Positions 63,700 to 64,000 of a stretch of 64,000 bases of DNA are shown piece by piece. Positions within the stretch are counted from its first letter, which is position 1. The number at the start of each line of letters is the position of its first letter. Position numbers and translations under genes: made by a program. The notes beneath the pieces were generated by a model, which was not told where the DNA came from, searched no databases, and was given only the letters and a program-made list of their open reading frames with translations. The DNA is from a virus. Lineage: Duplodnaviria > Caudoviricetes. The stretch is taken from positions 19,725-83,724 of the IMG/VR virus record IMGVR_UViG_3300020045_001587; one strand, 5' to 3'.

Positions 63700-64000
63700 T
63701 TACAAATTTATTACAATCGCTAAGGTATTTCTCACGCAGACCAATTATGTTTGTCATCATAAAATCTACATGAGCCTTAGCATTATGGTACTTGTCAATA
63801 TTACTTAGTTCTCCAAATTCTACAGATATGAACCTATCATCACCTTTCTTGTTTTCCTTCAGCTTAAGCATCTCCAAAGGAACATCTGCAAGTCGACATA
63901 CAGACGCTACAACCACTTTGAATTTATTTTTATCCGAACATTTGAATGCCTTATCTCGTTCACTTCGTCCAGAAATATCTGTATCAATGAATTCTTCTGA
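63695..64000 (-). CDS. C-terminal part of a gene running off the window
   Basis: Frame is open from 64000 to the stop at 63695. Confidence 0.6.
   Translation of the reverse strand, partial: SEEFIDTDISGRSERDKAFKCSDKNKFKVVVASVCRLADVPLEMLKLKENKKGDDRFISVEFGELSNIDKYHNAKAHVDFMMTNIIGLREKYLSDCNKFVK

Noticed and set aside
1-64000. CRISPR array or long tandem repeats
   Set aside because: No regularly spaced 25-45-nt direct repeats were seen. The GCTACCTT motif is short and irregularly spaced.
1-64000. Integrase, repressor or lysogeny module
   Set aside because: None is recognisable in the window, and the gene content fits a lytic phage. The rest of the genome is not visible.

Overview
The window is a 64-kb piece of a virulent dsDNA tailed phage genome. 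No integrase or repressor is visible. The lysis genes (spanins) indicate a Gram-negative host; a betaproteobacterial host is only a weak inference. Bases 1-30.9 kb (+ strand) hold many small early ORFs and a T7/FelixO1-style replication and nucleotide module: DNA ligase, ThyX, primase-helicase, family A polymerase, HD nucleotidase, SSB, 5'-3' exonuclease, metallophosphoesterase, MazG, class II RNR and glutaredoxin. Bases 31-58.2 kb (- strand) hold, in transcription order, a tRNA/ncRNA/Dps locus, TerL, portal, S49 protease, scaffold, decoration protein, major capsid protein, neck genes with an inserted fibre module, a siphovirus tail (tube, frameshifted chaperones, 1873-aa tape measure, one large tail-tip gene), a lysis cassette and a glycine-zipper protein. 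Bases 58.4-63.6 kb (+ strand) hold PhoH, ClpP and an RNA ligase. Five free-standing homing endonucleases are scattered through the window. The most unusual observations are: (i) a small ORF that aligns by eye with this phage's own TerL ATPase domain but lacks the Walker motifs, a possible decoy; (ii) a promoter-driven, D-armless tRNA-like RNA at 19.15 kb; (iii) a tRNA operon containing unannotated structured RNAs, a repeated GCTACCTT leader, a Thr-anticodon tRNA with a Cys-like acceptor, and Dps; (iv) a distinct class of promoters with a 16-bp spacer and conserved spacer sequence; (v) probable ATT and ATA start codons; (vi) an RMF-like micro-ORF. All protein assignments come from motif recognition by eye; no database searches were run.
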